A DNA stretch of 64,000 nucleotides from Gracilinanus agilis (Eukaryota). The DNA is taken from contig NC_058131.1 of the NCBI RefSeq assembly GCF_016433145.1, forward strand, positions 670,967,408 through 671,031,407, written 5' to 3'. The notes under the pieces were generated by a model that did not search any database, was not told where the DNA came from, and saw nothing but the letters and a program-made list of their open reading frames with translations. Each line of letters opens with the position of its first letter. The stretch's first letter is position 1. Both the position numbers and the translations under genes were made by a program. This document shows positions 9,091-21,382 of this stretch, in pieces.

Positions 9091-12000
9091 CCCCTCCCTG
9101 AGTCCTAGGTAAAGGCAAAAATAGATGGGAAATCTGTGAACTTTCTGTTGGTTCAGAAGCCTCGGGGTAAGGACTATAGGCCTGTCCAGGATTTAAGAGA
9201 GGTCAACATCTGGGTGGAGGACATACACCCCACAGTCCCCAACCCATATACTCTCTTAAACACCTTAACACCAGATCTTGACTAGTATACTACTCTGGAC
9301 TTGAAAGATGCTTTCTTTACACTTCCGCTTGCACCACGCAGCCAGCCCCTATTTGCTTTTGAATGGTATGATGAAGACACCCAGGCTACTGGTCAGATCA
9401 TGTGGACAAAGTTACCACAAGGTTTTAAAAACAGCCCGACCGTTTTTAGCGAAGCTCTGGCCACCGCCTTGTGACATTTTTGCGTTAACCACCCCAGTTA
9501 CGCTTTTCCTCCTCGCCGCCTTGTGGCAGGCTGAGTGTGAGTCTGCCACTCTATCTCTCCTGATCACCCTGAACGAGCTTGGCTATAAGGTCAGTGGCAA
9601 AAAGGCATTTATTGCTCAGCGGGAGGTCACATACTTGGGATATAAACTCAGGGAGGCCAATGGTGGCTCACCCAGGCTATGAAGGACACTATCCTCAATA
9701 TTCCCCCAACCCAAAATCCCAGGCAGGTCCGGGAATTTCTGGGGTCCGTAGGATACTGCAGGCTGTGGATTCCCGGGTTTGCAGAGTTGGCCCAACCCTT
9801 GTATAAGGGCTCCTATGAATCTGCTAACTGGGAATGGACTCCTGAAATGAATTCTGCCTTTGAACTTCTTTGTCAAGTCATAATCATAGCACCCATGCTT
9901 ACCTTCCCCAAGCCAGAAAAACCCTTTCAATTGTTCATTGAAGAAAAAGAGGGGATAGCAAAAGGGGTTTTGACACAGCATTTTGGGCCATGGGATCGCC
10001 CAGTCGCATATCTGTCGAAACAACTGGATCCCGTTGCAGAAGGATGGCCACTTTGCCTGCGGATCATTGCCGCTACAGCACTCCTAGTAAAAGATGCAGA
10101 TAAGCTTACTTATGGACAGGCTCTGGTTATCACCACATCGAATGCTATTGAGTGCATCCTCCTACAGTGTTGTGAGAAAGTTTACTAAATTATTATTTAG
10201 GAGACCTAGCAAGCAGGGCTGGAGAATTCTAAATGGAATGGGGAAGCAGGAAGTGTGGCCTCTTGCTCTGAGACAGACTCCATGGTGGTTGGGACAAGTT
10301 GTAACTGATCCTGGGAGACCTCAGAGGAAGTGGAGTTTGCACCCAGATTTCCTGATATCCAGAAGAAAGACTGTCATCTACTTGTGGGAGATTTTTGGTA
10401 GGGACTATTAATCCCAACCTGAGTTGCAGGTTAACTTGGGCTAGGTTAGCTCCCAGATCTACCCACATGAAGGAGTACAGATAGTGGTCCTGGAAGAGCT
10501 GCAACATCGCTAGCATGTGTCAGGACTCTGCTATGAGGATACCCACTTCAGTCCTGCTATTCTTTGGGCCCTGTCTTGCTTTCGTTCTCAGTTCAGTGTA
10601 GATAAGTCCCTCCCCTGACCCTGTGGTTTGCCCATAGTCTGGAAAGTGTAGAAACCCCTATTCCCATCCTTTAGACCATAGTTCCCTTAATTAAATTTGT
10701 TACAAATCCTCTTGTCATTTGCTTGCTGGTTTTCACAGACCCCTTATCTAGGTGGGGCAAGGTGACAGTTAGGGCCTAACTGTCACTTCTGTCAACAGTC
10801 ATTTCCCCTAACAGTTAAACCCAGTTTCCCTAACTTGTTAAGTCCCTACCTATTGTCCATTCCTGTCTCCTACTCACCCTTCTGAGCCCACATATAATAT
10901 TTAAGTTATCTCCTCTGGTTTTCCCCATAAGAACAGCCACCTAATCGTTGGCTGTCTCGCGCACGTCTAGCCCATTATCAAGCCCTGGTTTTGGATACAT
11001 CCCACATTTCGTTCAAAGTCACCTCATCCCTTAACCCCGCCACCCTGTTGCCCAACCCCTCCTCCGCTCCCTTGCATGACTGCCAAGAGATCCTTGCCGA
11101 GGCAACCACTGCCCAACCAGACCTTAAAGACACTCCACTGACCAACAGCGACTATGTGTGGTTCATGGATGGCAGTAGCTTTATTAAAGAAGGGCAATGA
11201 AGGGCAGGGACAGCAGTTGTCGACCCCTCCGGATCCTTGGTCTGGGCTGCCTCACTTCCAGAAGGCACATCAGCTCAGAAGGCTGAGCTGATTGTTCTAG
11301 TGGAAGCCTTAAGGAAGGCTGAAGGTAAGTGCCTAATGGTGTACACTGACAGCCGCTATGCCTTCGCCACCCTGCATGTGCAAGCACCCATATACCAGGA
11401 TCGGGGATATCTCACCTCAGGTGGGAAGCCTATCAGTAACCTACTGGATATACAGGAGTTCCTATTGGCAATATGGAAGCCTAAAGCCATGGCTGTAGTC
11501 CACACACCCGGCCACCAAAAGGGAGAATCCCTAGAAGCTTGTAGAAACCGGGCTGCAGACCAAGTGGCTTGTAAGGCTGCAGTATCTACACCTTCCTTAA
11601 TCCTTCCAGCCGTCATACCTCCACCGCTTGAAGGGGAGCCAAAATACACCAAAGAAGATTGAACCTGGATTAAGAAGCACCAAGGATGCCCTGATGGACA
11701 CTGGTATTGGGATCAGGAAGGGCACCTTCTGCTGCCCCAGACCCTAAGCCAACTTCTTTCCACCCACCTATATCACCTGTCCCATTTAGGAGAAAAGAAA
11801 CTCACCCAACTACTGGATAAAGCAAAGTTTTGCTTCAAGGACTGCAGTAGTTTTCTTCATCAGTTAGTGACTACATGCTGAGCCTGCCAACTCAGCTAAG
11901 CCAGGCAATCACCATGGACATAGGGTTAGGGGTCAGCGGCCCTGTCAAAACTGGGAAGTAGACTTTACTGAAATCAAGCCAGGTAAATTTGGCTTCAAAT

Positions 12001-12800
12001 ACCTCCTCATCCTAGTGGACACCTTCTCAGGCTGGCCAGAAGCATTCCCTACTAAATCTGAAATGGCCCTAGTAGTAGCCAAGAAACTCCTTGAGGAAAT
12101 CATCCCTAGGTTTGGATTTACTGAGACGTTGGGGTCCGACAATGGACCAGCCTTTGTAAGCAAGGTATCCAGAGGGGTCGCCGCAGCTTTGGGGATCAAT
12201 TGGAAGCTACACTGTGAGTATAACCCCCCAGAGTTCTGGCCAGGTAGAGAGGATGAACAGGACAATTAAGGAGACCTTATCTAAATTGGTCCAAGTGACT
12301 GGCATAGACTGGGTGACTCTCCTTCCTTTGGCCTTGTTTCATGCCCGGAACACCCCTGGCCCACATTCTCTTACCCCTTACGAAATCCTATATGGCTCCC
12401 TTCCTCCTACCCTCCCTCCCATTCCCCTGAACCATTGAGGGCACCGATACTCCAGCTGAATTGAAGCCCACGTTGTTGGGGTTAGCCAACACCCAACAAG
12501 ACCTTTGGCCTCGAGTCAAGGAGGCTTTCCAACTAGAGCCTCACCCCACACGAGTACAATCCGGGAGATTGGATTTGAGTAAGGAGACACCAGAAGGGTT
12601 CCCTACAGCCCCGATGGAAGGGTCCTCATGTTGTTTTGTTCATTACCCCTTCTGCCCTTAAGGTCGACAGTATTGGATCTTGGGTCCACCACTTCCGTGT
12701 TCAAAAAGCAGAACCTCCCGATCTACAGCCCTCAGACCAGTGGCGAGTCACACATCATTCAACGAACCCCCTGAAGCTTCATTTTCCCCGGCATTATGAA
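9091..12800 (+). pseudogene. pol: ERV pro-pol pseudogene (protease N-terminal stub, RT, RNase H, integrase)
   Basis: [18 protein letters not shown]; [11 protein letters not shown]; LDLKDAFF; LPQGFKNSP; REFLGSVGYCRLWIPGFAE; RNase H WFMDGSS...SAQKAELI...YTDSRYAF; integrase DFTE...GSDNGPAF...[14 protein letters not shown]. Many stops and frameshifts; interrupted at 10168-10932. Confidence 0.93.
10168..10932 (-). mobile_element. Solo LTR of a different family nested in pol (765 bp)
   Basis: Splits ...[13 protein letters not shown]... Duplicated ACAG at 10164-10167 / 10933-10936. Ends TGTTGTG...CATAAGA (near-inverted, terminal CA apparently mutated). AGTAAA near the minus-strand 3' end suggests antisense orientation. 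Confidence 0.75.
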
Positions 12801-14688
12801 CCCCCTTCTGTTCCTGCTACCTTTCCTCCAGCTGATGATACCAAGCAACTGTTATCAGCCACATGATAGCTCCTTCTCTAATCCGAATCTACCCTGGCAG
12901 TGGACTCTCAGCAGATAGGAAGCTTCCACTACTCTCCAGACTGTTATCTCCTCTGGAGCTCCATCTTTTAAGGTCTCCCCCTGTGACCTCCTCCCAATCT
13001 CAGGGACTTGTCCTGAGAACACCCCCAGAAACCCTCGCTGGCTCCCAACTTATGATCAGTTTTATGCATGTCCTTCCTCCATCCCGGGGAAATCATCATG
13101 CAATAGCCCAGGCCATTATGTGCTCACTGGGACTGTGTGACCCTCACAACTGAAGAATGGTCCCTTAACAGACCAGATCCCTTTCTCTCCCTTTCACGTG
13201 GCCCCCTTGGTTGCAAAACGCAACAGGGGATGAGGGACCAGGGGCTGTGGACCAGCTGCTCTTATCTCAACCTTACGGTCCAGGGCCCACAGGATACGGG
13301 ATGGATCTTGGGTCGTACATGGGGACTAAGGGCATATATAAATGGAGCTGATCCAGGGGGACTTTTCCTTATAAAGAAGGAGGCTGTTCTCCTCTCTGCT
13401 CCCATAGGCCCCAGTAAAGCTTTAAATCCCCAGCAGACCCCTCCAGACATTGTCATACCTACCCCCCCCCGCCCCAATCAAGCTCCAGACACTGTCATAC
13501 TCACCCCCCCCCTACCCCAAACCTTAACAACTCTGTTCTACTTGTACCCTCTACCCCAGTCCTGATCTAGGACCCATACCCCCTATGGCCCACATTGCAA
13601 GACTCCTACCTCTCACTGAATGGATCCTTCCCCAACCTTACTGAGAGCTGCTGGCTCTGCCTAGATGCCAAAACCCCATACTATGATGCTATAGCACTGA
13701 ATACTTCCTACAATACCTCCAACAAGGTGAACCCTCCCCCCCCCCCCCACCCTGAGTGTGACTGGAATGACGGGAAGATGGGCCTCACTTTGCAATCCGT
13801 CTCGGGGTCTGGCCACTGTATAGGGAATATCTCCAAACCCCTAGCCCAGCTATGTGATAGAATCTCCTCAAGTGCTGACAATTTCTATATTCCCCCTAAA
13901 GGATCAAGGTGGCCATGCTCCACCACTGGACTAACACCCTGTGTAGCCCAGACCACCCTGAACTCTACGAATGAAATGTGTCTCCTTGTCACAGTCCTAC
14001 CCTGCATCCTCTTCCACCCTGGGGAGGGCCTTTACCGCTACTGGGAAGCTCACTCCCCAGCAGCCATCAGGAAAAAGCGGGAACCTCTCACTGCCATCAC
14101 CCTCAAAACCATCTTTGGTCTAGCGGGTGTAGGAATGGGTATAGCCTCCCTGACACTTCATCATCAAAGTCTTTCAGCCCTGAGGATTGCAGTAAATGAG
14201 GATTGCAGTAAATTAGCCAGAATAGAAACCTCCATCACCCACCTTGAAAAATCCCTTACCTCCCTGTCCAAAGTAGCTCTCCAGAATCACAGGGCCTAGA
14301 CCTCCTTTTTCTCCAACAAGGAGGCCTCTGTGCAGCACTTGGGAGAGGAATGCTGCTTCTATTCTGATCACGCAGGGGTTGTGTGGGAATCCATGACCAA
14401 ACTCAGAGAAAGCCTCACCAATTGACAATGGGAGCGAGGGTCCCAGGAGGGGTGGTTTGAGCACATCTTCTACCAATCTCCTTGGCTTAGGACCCTCATC
14501 TTCACCCTATTATAGGCCCCCTCCTCATTTTTCTTCTTCTAACCCTCGGCCCTTGTAACATAAACTGTTTAGTGGCTTTTGTGAAAGATCGTATTAGCAC
14601 TGTACAGCTTATGGTCCTAAAACAGCAATATCAATCCTCTCCCAACTCCCCAGAAACCCCACATGATGATGCTTACCCATCTGTTTGA
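12796..14688 (+). pseudogene. env: ERV gamma-type env pseudogene
   Basis: Signal peptide MNPLLFLLPFLQLM, proline-rich region, CWLC, furin site RKKR, fusion peptide, ISD LQNHR(G)[14 protein letters not shown]6CC, tail [18 protein letters not shown]. Stop at 12916 and several frameshifts. Confidence 0.92.
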
Positions 14689-14726
14689 GGATAATTCCTC
14701 AAAGATTCATTAAAAGAAGTGGGGAA

Positions 14727-15076
14727 TGATTGGCCTGGGAAGCCAACTGAGCCCCAAATAATAAGAGCTGACAGCAGCATCTGCAGACTGACAGGAAAAC
14801 CCAAAACCAGCACAGGAAGACCCCCAACCAGTAACATCTGCTGAATGAATGACAGGAAGACCCTCAAACAATAGCATCTGCTGAATAAAAAAAGCAAACA
14901 TCCAGCCCCCCCAAGTTCCTACTCAAACTATATAAGCTGGCTAAACCCCTCATTCAGGGTTCCATCTGCCTTGGAGGCTGTGAGACCCAAGCTCAAGCTT
15001 GCAATAAAGCAGTACCTCTTGCTTTTGCATTATCTGGTGTGCCTCCTAATTTGGGAAATCAAAACCGGGCCGAACA
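14727..15076 (+). repeat. 3' LTR, 350 bp
   Basis: TG...CA directly after the PPT; TATATAA 14929-14935; AATAAA 15003-15008; followed by TSD ACAT. Confidence 0.92.
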
Positions 15077-15549
15077 ACATCTGTCATGTACTCAGTAATC
15101 TTAATTGAGTTCTTATTGCCCTAAAGTCCAAAATCTTTATGGTTTCTTGGTGTAGGGGAAAGAGATAAGAATTTGGAGTCAGGAGACCCACATCCAGTCA
15201 GTGTTCTAACATTTGATCCTCATTTGACTTTGGACTTTCAGTTTCCTCATCTGTAAAATGAGGGGGTACTGAGCTAGATGATCTCTGTGGTCTCATCCAG
15301 CTCTAAATCTCTGATCCTAAGAACGGAATTGTATAAATTTTCATATAGTTATCAAAAATCAGGTTATGGTGGGGAATTATGGTGATATAAAGAGATCTCA
15401 ATAAAAGTTTCTTTTTAAAAATCAGTCACACTTCATTTTTATGATGTACTGGTAAAAGAATGGGGGTTTTTTACTCACTAAATAGAGGTCCCTTAGTGTG
15501 GATTTAGGCTTGGATTAGTGATGACCCAAACAGTGATTCTGGCCTATTT

Positions 15550-16271
15550 TGTAGGCCCAGGGGTCAGGCACACCAGTCCTCTGTAAGTTTAACACAAAAT
15601 CTGACTTCGGTTTAATATTATTCAAATAAACAATGTTTACTTTATAAATAGCAGGATGGATAGAGGACCAGGGTAAAAGGAGTTCCCTATGCTAACAGGT
15701 TCTAGCTCCTCTCACTCAGATACTGGTCCTGTACAAGGACCTGCTTGGTCCCAACACCTTTGGGCTACTCTTTACTCTCTATATATCTGCCTAAACCCTT
15801 TTAACTAACTAAAATCGGGCTAGCTGGTCCACAAAATGAAAACAAAGTTCAGATTATAAAGTTTTAGCTAGAAGCCAACAGGCATATGCTGAGAGTGTGG
15901 CAGACAAATTCTGTCCAGGCAACTTCTCTCATGCAAATGAAATCTCCAGGAACTACGTCTCAGCACTAAAAAGAGATCAGGATGAGGGTTGGGATCAGGT
16001 AAAGAGTCTCTGGATTCCTGGATCTTCTCAGGTAGGTCCAGAGCTCAGCCAAAACCCCTGTAACCAATCAAAATGGCCACCAGAAGTTTCCCCTCAACCC
16101 CCACTCACAGCATCCCAGGCAAAAATGCCCCCTGGGACTCTCTGTCCTCCTCCTCATCCTTCCCTCTCATTCTGGAATGTGACCCCAAATGGTTCCAGGC
16201 ACTCGGTTGATTGCCTTTGCAAACAGTCTCTTCCACAGAGTTCTTGCATGTTTTTCCCCCAAAGTCTTGCA
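15550..16271 (-). mobile_element. Possible further solo LTR
   Basis: TG at 15550 and CA at 16270-16271, with imperfect flanks TATTT/AATTT. Minus-strand ATTGG, TATAA and AGTAAA/ATTAAA occur in LTR-like order. Weak. Confidence 0.3.
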
Positions 16272-18658
16272 AATTTGCCTTTGTCTATCTTTATTTTAAC
16301 ACTGGGCAATCATAGTCCTGGACACAAAATCTCTTTTTCTAAAGAAAATAATCTTGAAATTCTCCTCACTTCCATCTCCATTCTACCATTAACATACCTG
16401 ATTCCCTCCTTATAAAAAAATCACACAAGAAAAATACTCAAGTAGGAGAGAGTATAATAAAAGCATTTTATTAGAAAATTAAACTTATTATAAAAATATT
16501 AACAACTCATGATGATGAAGGCAGTAACTCACTGCAAAACAATCTTAAACAACACTGTGATTCCAAAATAAACACCTACATAAAGTGAACTAACTCTTCA
16601 GGGAATCAATCTGAGATTAACCAGGTTTATCCTGCATTGCTGCTATAGGCAACTAGTAATTCAAGAAGAAAAATCAAGAGCAGCATATCTCAAGTCTCAA
16701 AGATAGAATGAAGTTCACACTGGTCTGGTTCTCCATAGAGAAAGGAAAACCCTCACTTGAGTTCCTTAGCTCCTATGTGGCCCCACTCCATTTTCACCAG
16801 TGTCCAGTATTATCTGCTTTACCATACGAGCGGCTGGTGCTATGCTTGCTTTCTCATATTATTAGCAAGTCAGTAAAAAAGAATAGACTAAGCAGCTCTA
16901 GCTATCAGGTCTCACCTCATGGTTGCTATAATTCCCTAATGACTGACTCGCTAGGTGCATATAAAGTACTGTAACATACCTGTATAATTAGAAAGGATGG
17001 CAGAGATGAATCTAGCACCTTCTCTACCATTCTAATAAAAGCATTTATCTTTTCTTATTGCACATAATGTAAATAACATCAAACTAGTTTTGTCCTATAT
17101 TGTTAATGTTTCGAAAGTTGTAAATTCAGAGGGCAAGTGCTGCTTTTAATTTCTTTTGTAGCTGCAGAAGAGTACCATATTTAAATAGTAAGTTATTGAA
17201 AGCTTTGGCTGATTGTTATTCATCTCACTTCCTTTAAATCTTCTTTCCTCACTGAGCTTTATAATAGAATACCCAAAGGGAACTTAGGCAGCCTTTTTAA
17301 TCTGTTGTAAAGTGCTGGTGTTTTTTTGTTTTTTTTAACCAAAGTCTCGGCAAGAAAATTCCTTTTTATAATGGCCAGATACACTCAATACTAGGAGGCT
17401 CTCAATAGCAGGAGGGGCAAACTTCAGAAAATAATCTAATAATATTGGTGTGTGGATGGCTGTAAGAAAGAGGTATGAAAGCTGTGAAATTCTTCCAAGG
17501 ACAGTTCACCAATGGAATACTACAAAATCTTTGTATCAGTGTCTTAAGATCCAACATACTCTTGCTCTGTTGCACTAGAAAAGGCCTATGGTCTTCGTTC
17601 TCAGAGGAAGTCAAGCTGTGTTTACAAACCATAGTGATTTAAGTGGCTTTGGCTATATCCCCAAAGTTGACTGACTATAGTTTTTTGTTTATCAAACCAT
17701 TTGTGGTGACCATCTCTTGCCTTCCTATCCTCATTAGCTCAGTGCCTTGGCTTTTATTCTGTCCTGAATAGCTAGACTGAATAATGCATTATCAATGGAT
17801 ATTATAATGTTATAACACCATATGGTTTGAAGAAGACAATAAACTCTACACAAAAGCAGCAAATTAAGGAGAGGGTTAGTCAATCCATTTGAGAAAGTGC
17901 TTTAGAAAATAAGATATTCCAAAGATCTGTATAAAAGTAGTTATCTTTAGCAACTTTTCCATGATTCTATAAATTACTTTGTAGCACATGAAAATATAAC
18001 AAAAAAATTCACTGAGTAAAGTAGAAAACCACAAAAGAGATTGTATTTTGGTTCACTGGCTGCCTCTTTGTTTATCTTAACATCACAAAAAGATGCTCAG
18101 GAACACTCTCCCCATTGTATTTTCTGAGATAGAGTAGAAGGACTGAACTAAGGGCCAGAAGAATCTATCTAGTTTAGTCTCTGTCACTAGTAAACTACAA
18201 AACTGAGGGCTAATCATTTCACCTGACCCTCATTTGCTTGATTTTTGTTTTAATGTGCATGTAGGTGAAGTGGTTATGTTTTAGGACCCCATAGCTTAGT
18301 TATGTTAGCCCAGATCAGACCCCAGATGAAATGTCTGGAGAATTAGTCTTTTTAAAAATGCTATTTAACTCTGGTCACCAGCTCTAAAATCAAACCTATT
18401 AGAATGTAGGAGGTACCTGCATCTTCACCAGGGTCATCTGACATAACAAACAGTTCAATTTCCCTCTTCATTGAGGGTCAAGGGGCTTTTCTGAAACCAC
18501 ATGCCAAGCAGCATGACAGTAGGAATGTGGGGGGATATACTGGGAATCTCCATACCTCAAGAAGAAATGGCAGCTTTCACTGTAAGTCACAAAGTAGAAA
18601 GAAAATCTACCCTCTCCAGCTTCCTTCCTCACTTCAGTTGTGCCAAGGCCATGGGTAT

Positions 18659-21382
18659 TCATGTAGGTGGCTGGGGATACTGGTTTCTTCGGAGGAAAAT
18701 GTCATGCATGTAATCCCAAAACTTCCCAGGGTGTGTCTCATTGTTGTGGATCATGGCAGTGAGTGCCTCACCTTGGTCTAGGCCTTGCCAGTAATCCTGT
18801 AGCCACATCTCTTTCCAGCTGAAAAATCAAAGAAGGACTGGAATTATGGCAATCTTTGGCAGTCTGAAGCATAGCACAGGAAGCAACCAGGGGATCTATG
18901 TTAATAGGCACATGCACTCATATCACCCAGAAAGCCAGGAAACAGTAAAAAAGTCACCCCAAGCCATGAATGAACTGAAATCCCTGAAATGGCCCCCTGC
19001 ACAAACTCATGACAGAGTCAGACTCGGACACATTTGGCCAGGCAGAGTTGGATTGTGGCAGGAGCACTGCTTTGGTTTTTCAAACAGCTGTAACTCCATT
19101 CAGTTGCATGCCTCCAAAGCTTATAGCTTTCTATCCAAAAGTGTCCACACTTAATTGTCTACCCTAACAGGGAACTGAGCATACAGTAGGCCCAAAATAA
19201 TACCCGTTGATGATTTGATGGGACTTAGATGCCTCCCCCTCTTAGTCATCAGAAACAGCTCCTTAAAACCTGCCATCTACTGCCCAAGGCAGCCTTTTAA
19301 GAGCAACCCCACCTTATCCTAGGAGAGGGCTATAAAGTTATTGAGTTTTCAGAACAGGCAGTCTCAGAGTCTGAAGCCCTTATTCACTGCATCAGAAGAT
19401 TTCTCCACTCAGTCCTCAAAATCTTTACACCCCCATTTCAGGCCTTTATTATCTCATGTTCAAATATCTGCAGTAGCCTAACAATTGGGTCTTCTTGCCC
19501 CCATTCTCTTGGCCAACCTGCTCCTCAAAATGACTGCCAGATTAACCTTTGCAAAACAATAGTTTGATTTCTTCCCTACTCAAAAACCTTCCAGGACCCA
19601 CCACTATCCAAACTGGTCTGAGGCCTGGCATGTGGTCTGAGCAACTTTGGACCGCCTTCCCCAACCTTTTAGAACCCAATTCAAACCCCATTCCTTTCCT
19701 CTGCAAAATCCTAAAGTTCCGGGACCAAAGCCTCCACCCAACCCACTTTCGGACTTTTTATAAAGGGCTTGGTGAGGGGGGGGGGGGCAGCCCTAAAGAC
19801 CAACTACAGTGCACATTCCCCTTTACCTGTCATTCTCGGGGATCTCCTCCAAACTTCCAAAGCCTGGGGTGGGCTCCGGACAGGCCATGTGGGAGTGTTG
19901 TGCGATCCGGGGGGGCGGGGGCGGGACGTGGGCAGGGGCGGCCTCGTGGGCCCGGTCGGCGGCTAGCCGGGCCAGCTCGTGGTCACAAACGAAGCACTCG
20001 AAGCCCTGCAAGTAGCTGGGCTGCCGAGGGTCGTTCACCCCCCACTCGCGGCGCTCCAGGCTGTCCAGAAGGAGCCGGTTAGTGATGCCCCCAGGTTGCT
20101 TGTAGGCTAGATACTTGGCATATTCCTCGTCGTTCCGGTCCAGGAAGTCGATGAAGGCAGCCAGTTGCTGCGGCGACTCGAAGTCGTCCACCAAGATAAT
20201 GGCGCGCTCGTTGGGCATCCAGTCGCGCACGGATGGCGAGCCGCGGTACACGGGCACAGCCCCCAGGTGCAGGGGCCGCCACAGCTTCTCTGTCATATAG
20301 TCCTCGCAGATGGCGTTCTCCATAGCCAGGTGGAACTTGTAGCGGGACACGAAGGCCAGGAGCTCGGGGTCCTCCGATGTGGCCGTGGCCGTGTCTCGCA
20401 GCCTGGGAGGGAGCTCACGGTTCTGTAGGCATTTGCCGTAAGAATCCACCTAGGTGTCCAGAGGAAGGAAACAGTTGGGTTGGGCCCCGCCCCGAGACCG
20501 CCCTCTCCTCCCCATCACCCTCCCTGCCCTTCCAGGCATCGATAGAGATAGCAGAACGCCCCTCGCCTCAAAGAAGCCGCCCCCAGGACCGCCATCTCCT
20601 CCGGGCCTTCCGGACACCCCGCCCCATCTCCTCGAAGACGGAGGGACAGACGGACAGACCGAAGCCACCCCACCCCCTCGTCTCACCGGAATGTAGCGCA
20701 TGAGCTCGCGCACGTAGCGGTCGCGGTCCGAGGGCACGTCGCAATGGGACTGCAGATAGAGGAGTGGCGCGTAGCCACGGCGGCGCCAGGCCGCGCGCTC
20801 CTGGGACGTGGGCGCGTCACGGCGCAGATAGGCGAGCCCTGGGAGCCACTGTAGAGGCAGCGGGTAATCGGAGTGGCGGCTAAAGGTGGCGCTGAGGTTG
20901 AAGAGGCGGATTCCAGGCGCATGGCTAAGCAGGAAGTTGTTGAGCGGGGACTCCTCGTGCAGCAGCGCCCAGCTCTGATGCGCCAAGCGGGGCAGCGGCG
21001 CCTCGGACGCACGAAAGTCGGTGCCGTAGAAGAGTAGAGCGCGCGTGCGCGACTCTCGCCACCGCCGCCGGTCCCTAGAGGCCACGCACGCGCCGCGCGC
21101 GCACTCGATGCGCTCTGAGTCCCCGGGGAAGTGGGGGAACAAGCCGGGGCTCCACCACAGCAGGACGGGCAGCTCGCCCTCGTCGTCGTCTGACTTTGGC
21201 TTCTCTAAGCTCCGCGCGACTCCCACCGAGCCCAGCGCTGTTGGCGGCCGGAAAACCGTGCCATCCCAGGGCTCTGCCCATTCAGCCTCATCCTCGAGTC
21301 CTGGTCCCAGCTCGGCCCCACCGCCGCTCCAGACCCAAAGCATCACCGTGGCTGCCAGCATCGCGCTGGCGCGGCCCGCCAT
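18659..21382 (-). CDS. FUT11: FUT11 (GT10 fucosyltransferase 11; reported as protein O-fucosyltransferase POFUT4), 3 exons, 492 aa
   Basis: Exons 21382-20687, 20449-19827, 18818-18659 (1479 nt), GT-AG. Motifs [71 protein letters not shown]. Likely poly(A) signal at 16467-16472. Confidence 0.97.

Larger units (their letters stand above)
9046..15076 (+). mobile_element. Defective gamma-like (class I) endogenous retrovirus
   Basis: TSD ACAT at 9042-9045 and 15077-15080. Order: 5' LTR stub 9046-9088, pro/pol remnants, env, PPT AAAAGAAGTGGGGAA 14712-14726, 3' LTR 14727-15076. Confidence 0.93.

Noticed and set aside
13595-14299. 234-aa env ORF as a domesticated, syncytin-like gene
   Set aside because: It lacks the signal peptide and N-terminal SU (upstream stop at 12916 and frameshifts), starts at a non-ATG codon, and frameshifts inside the ISD before CX6CC and the membrane anchor. 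It is a remnant of a decayed env.
15897-16415. 172-aa plus-strand ORF
   Set aside because: Non-ATG start, no recognisable motif, and it lies across a possible LTR.
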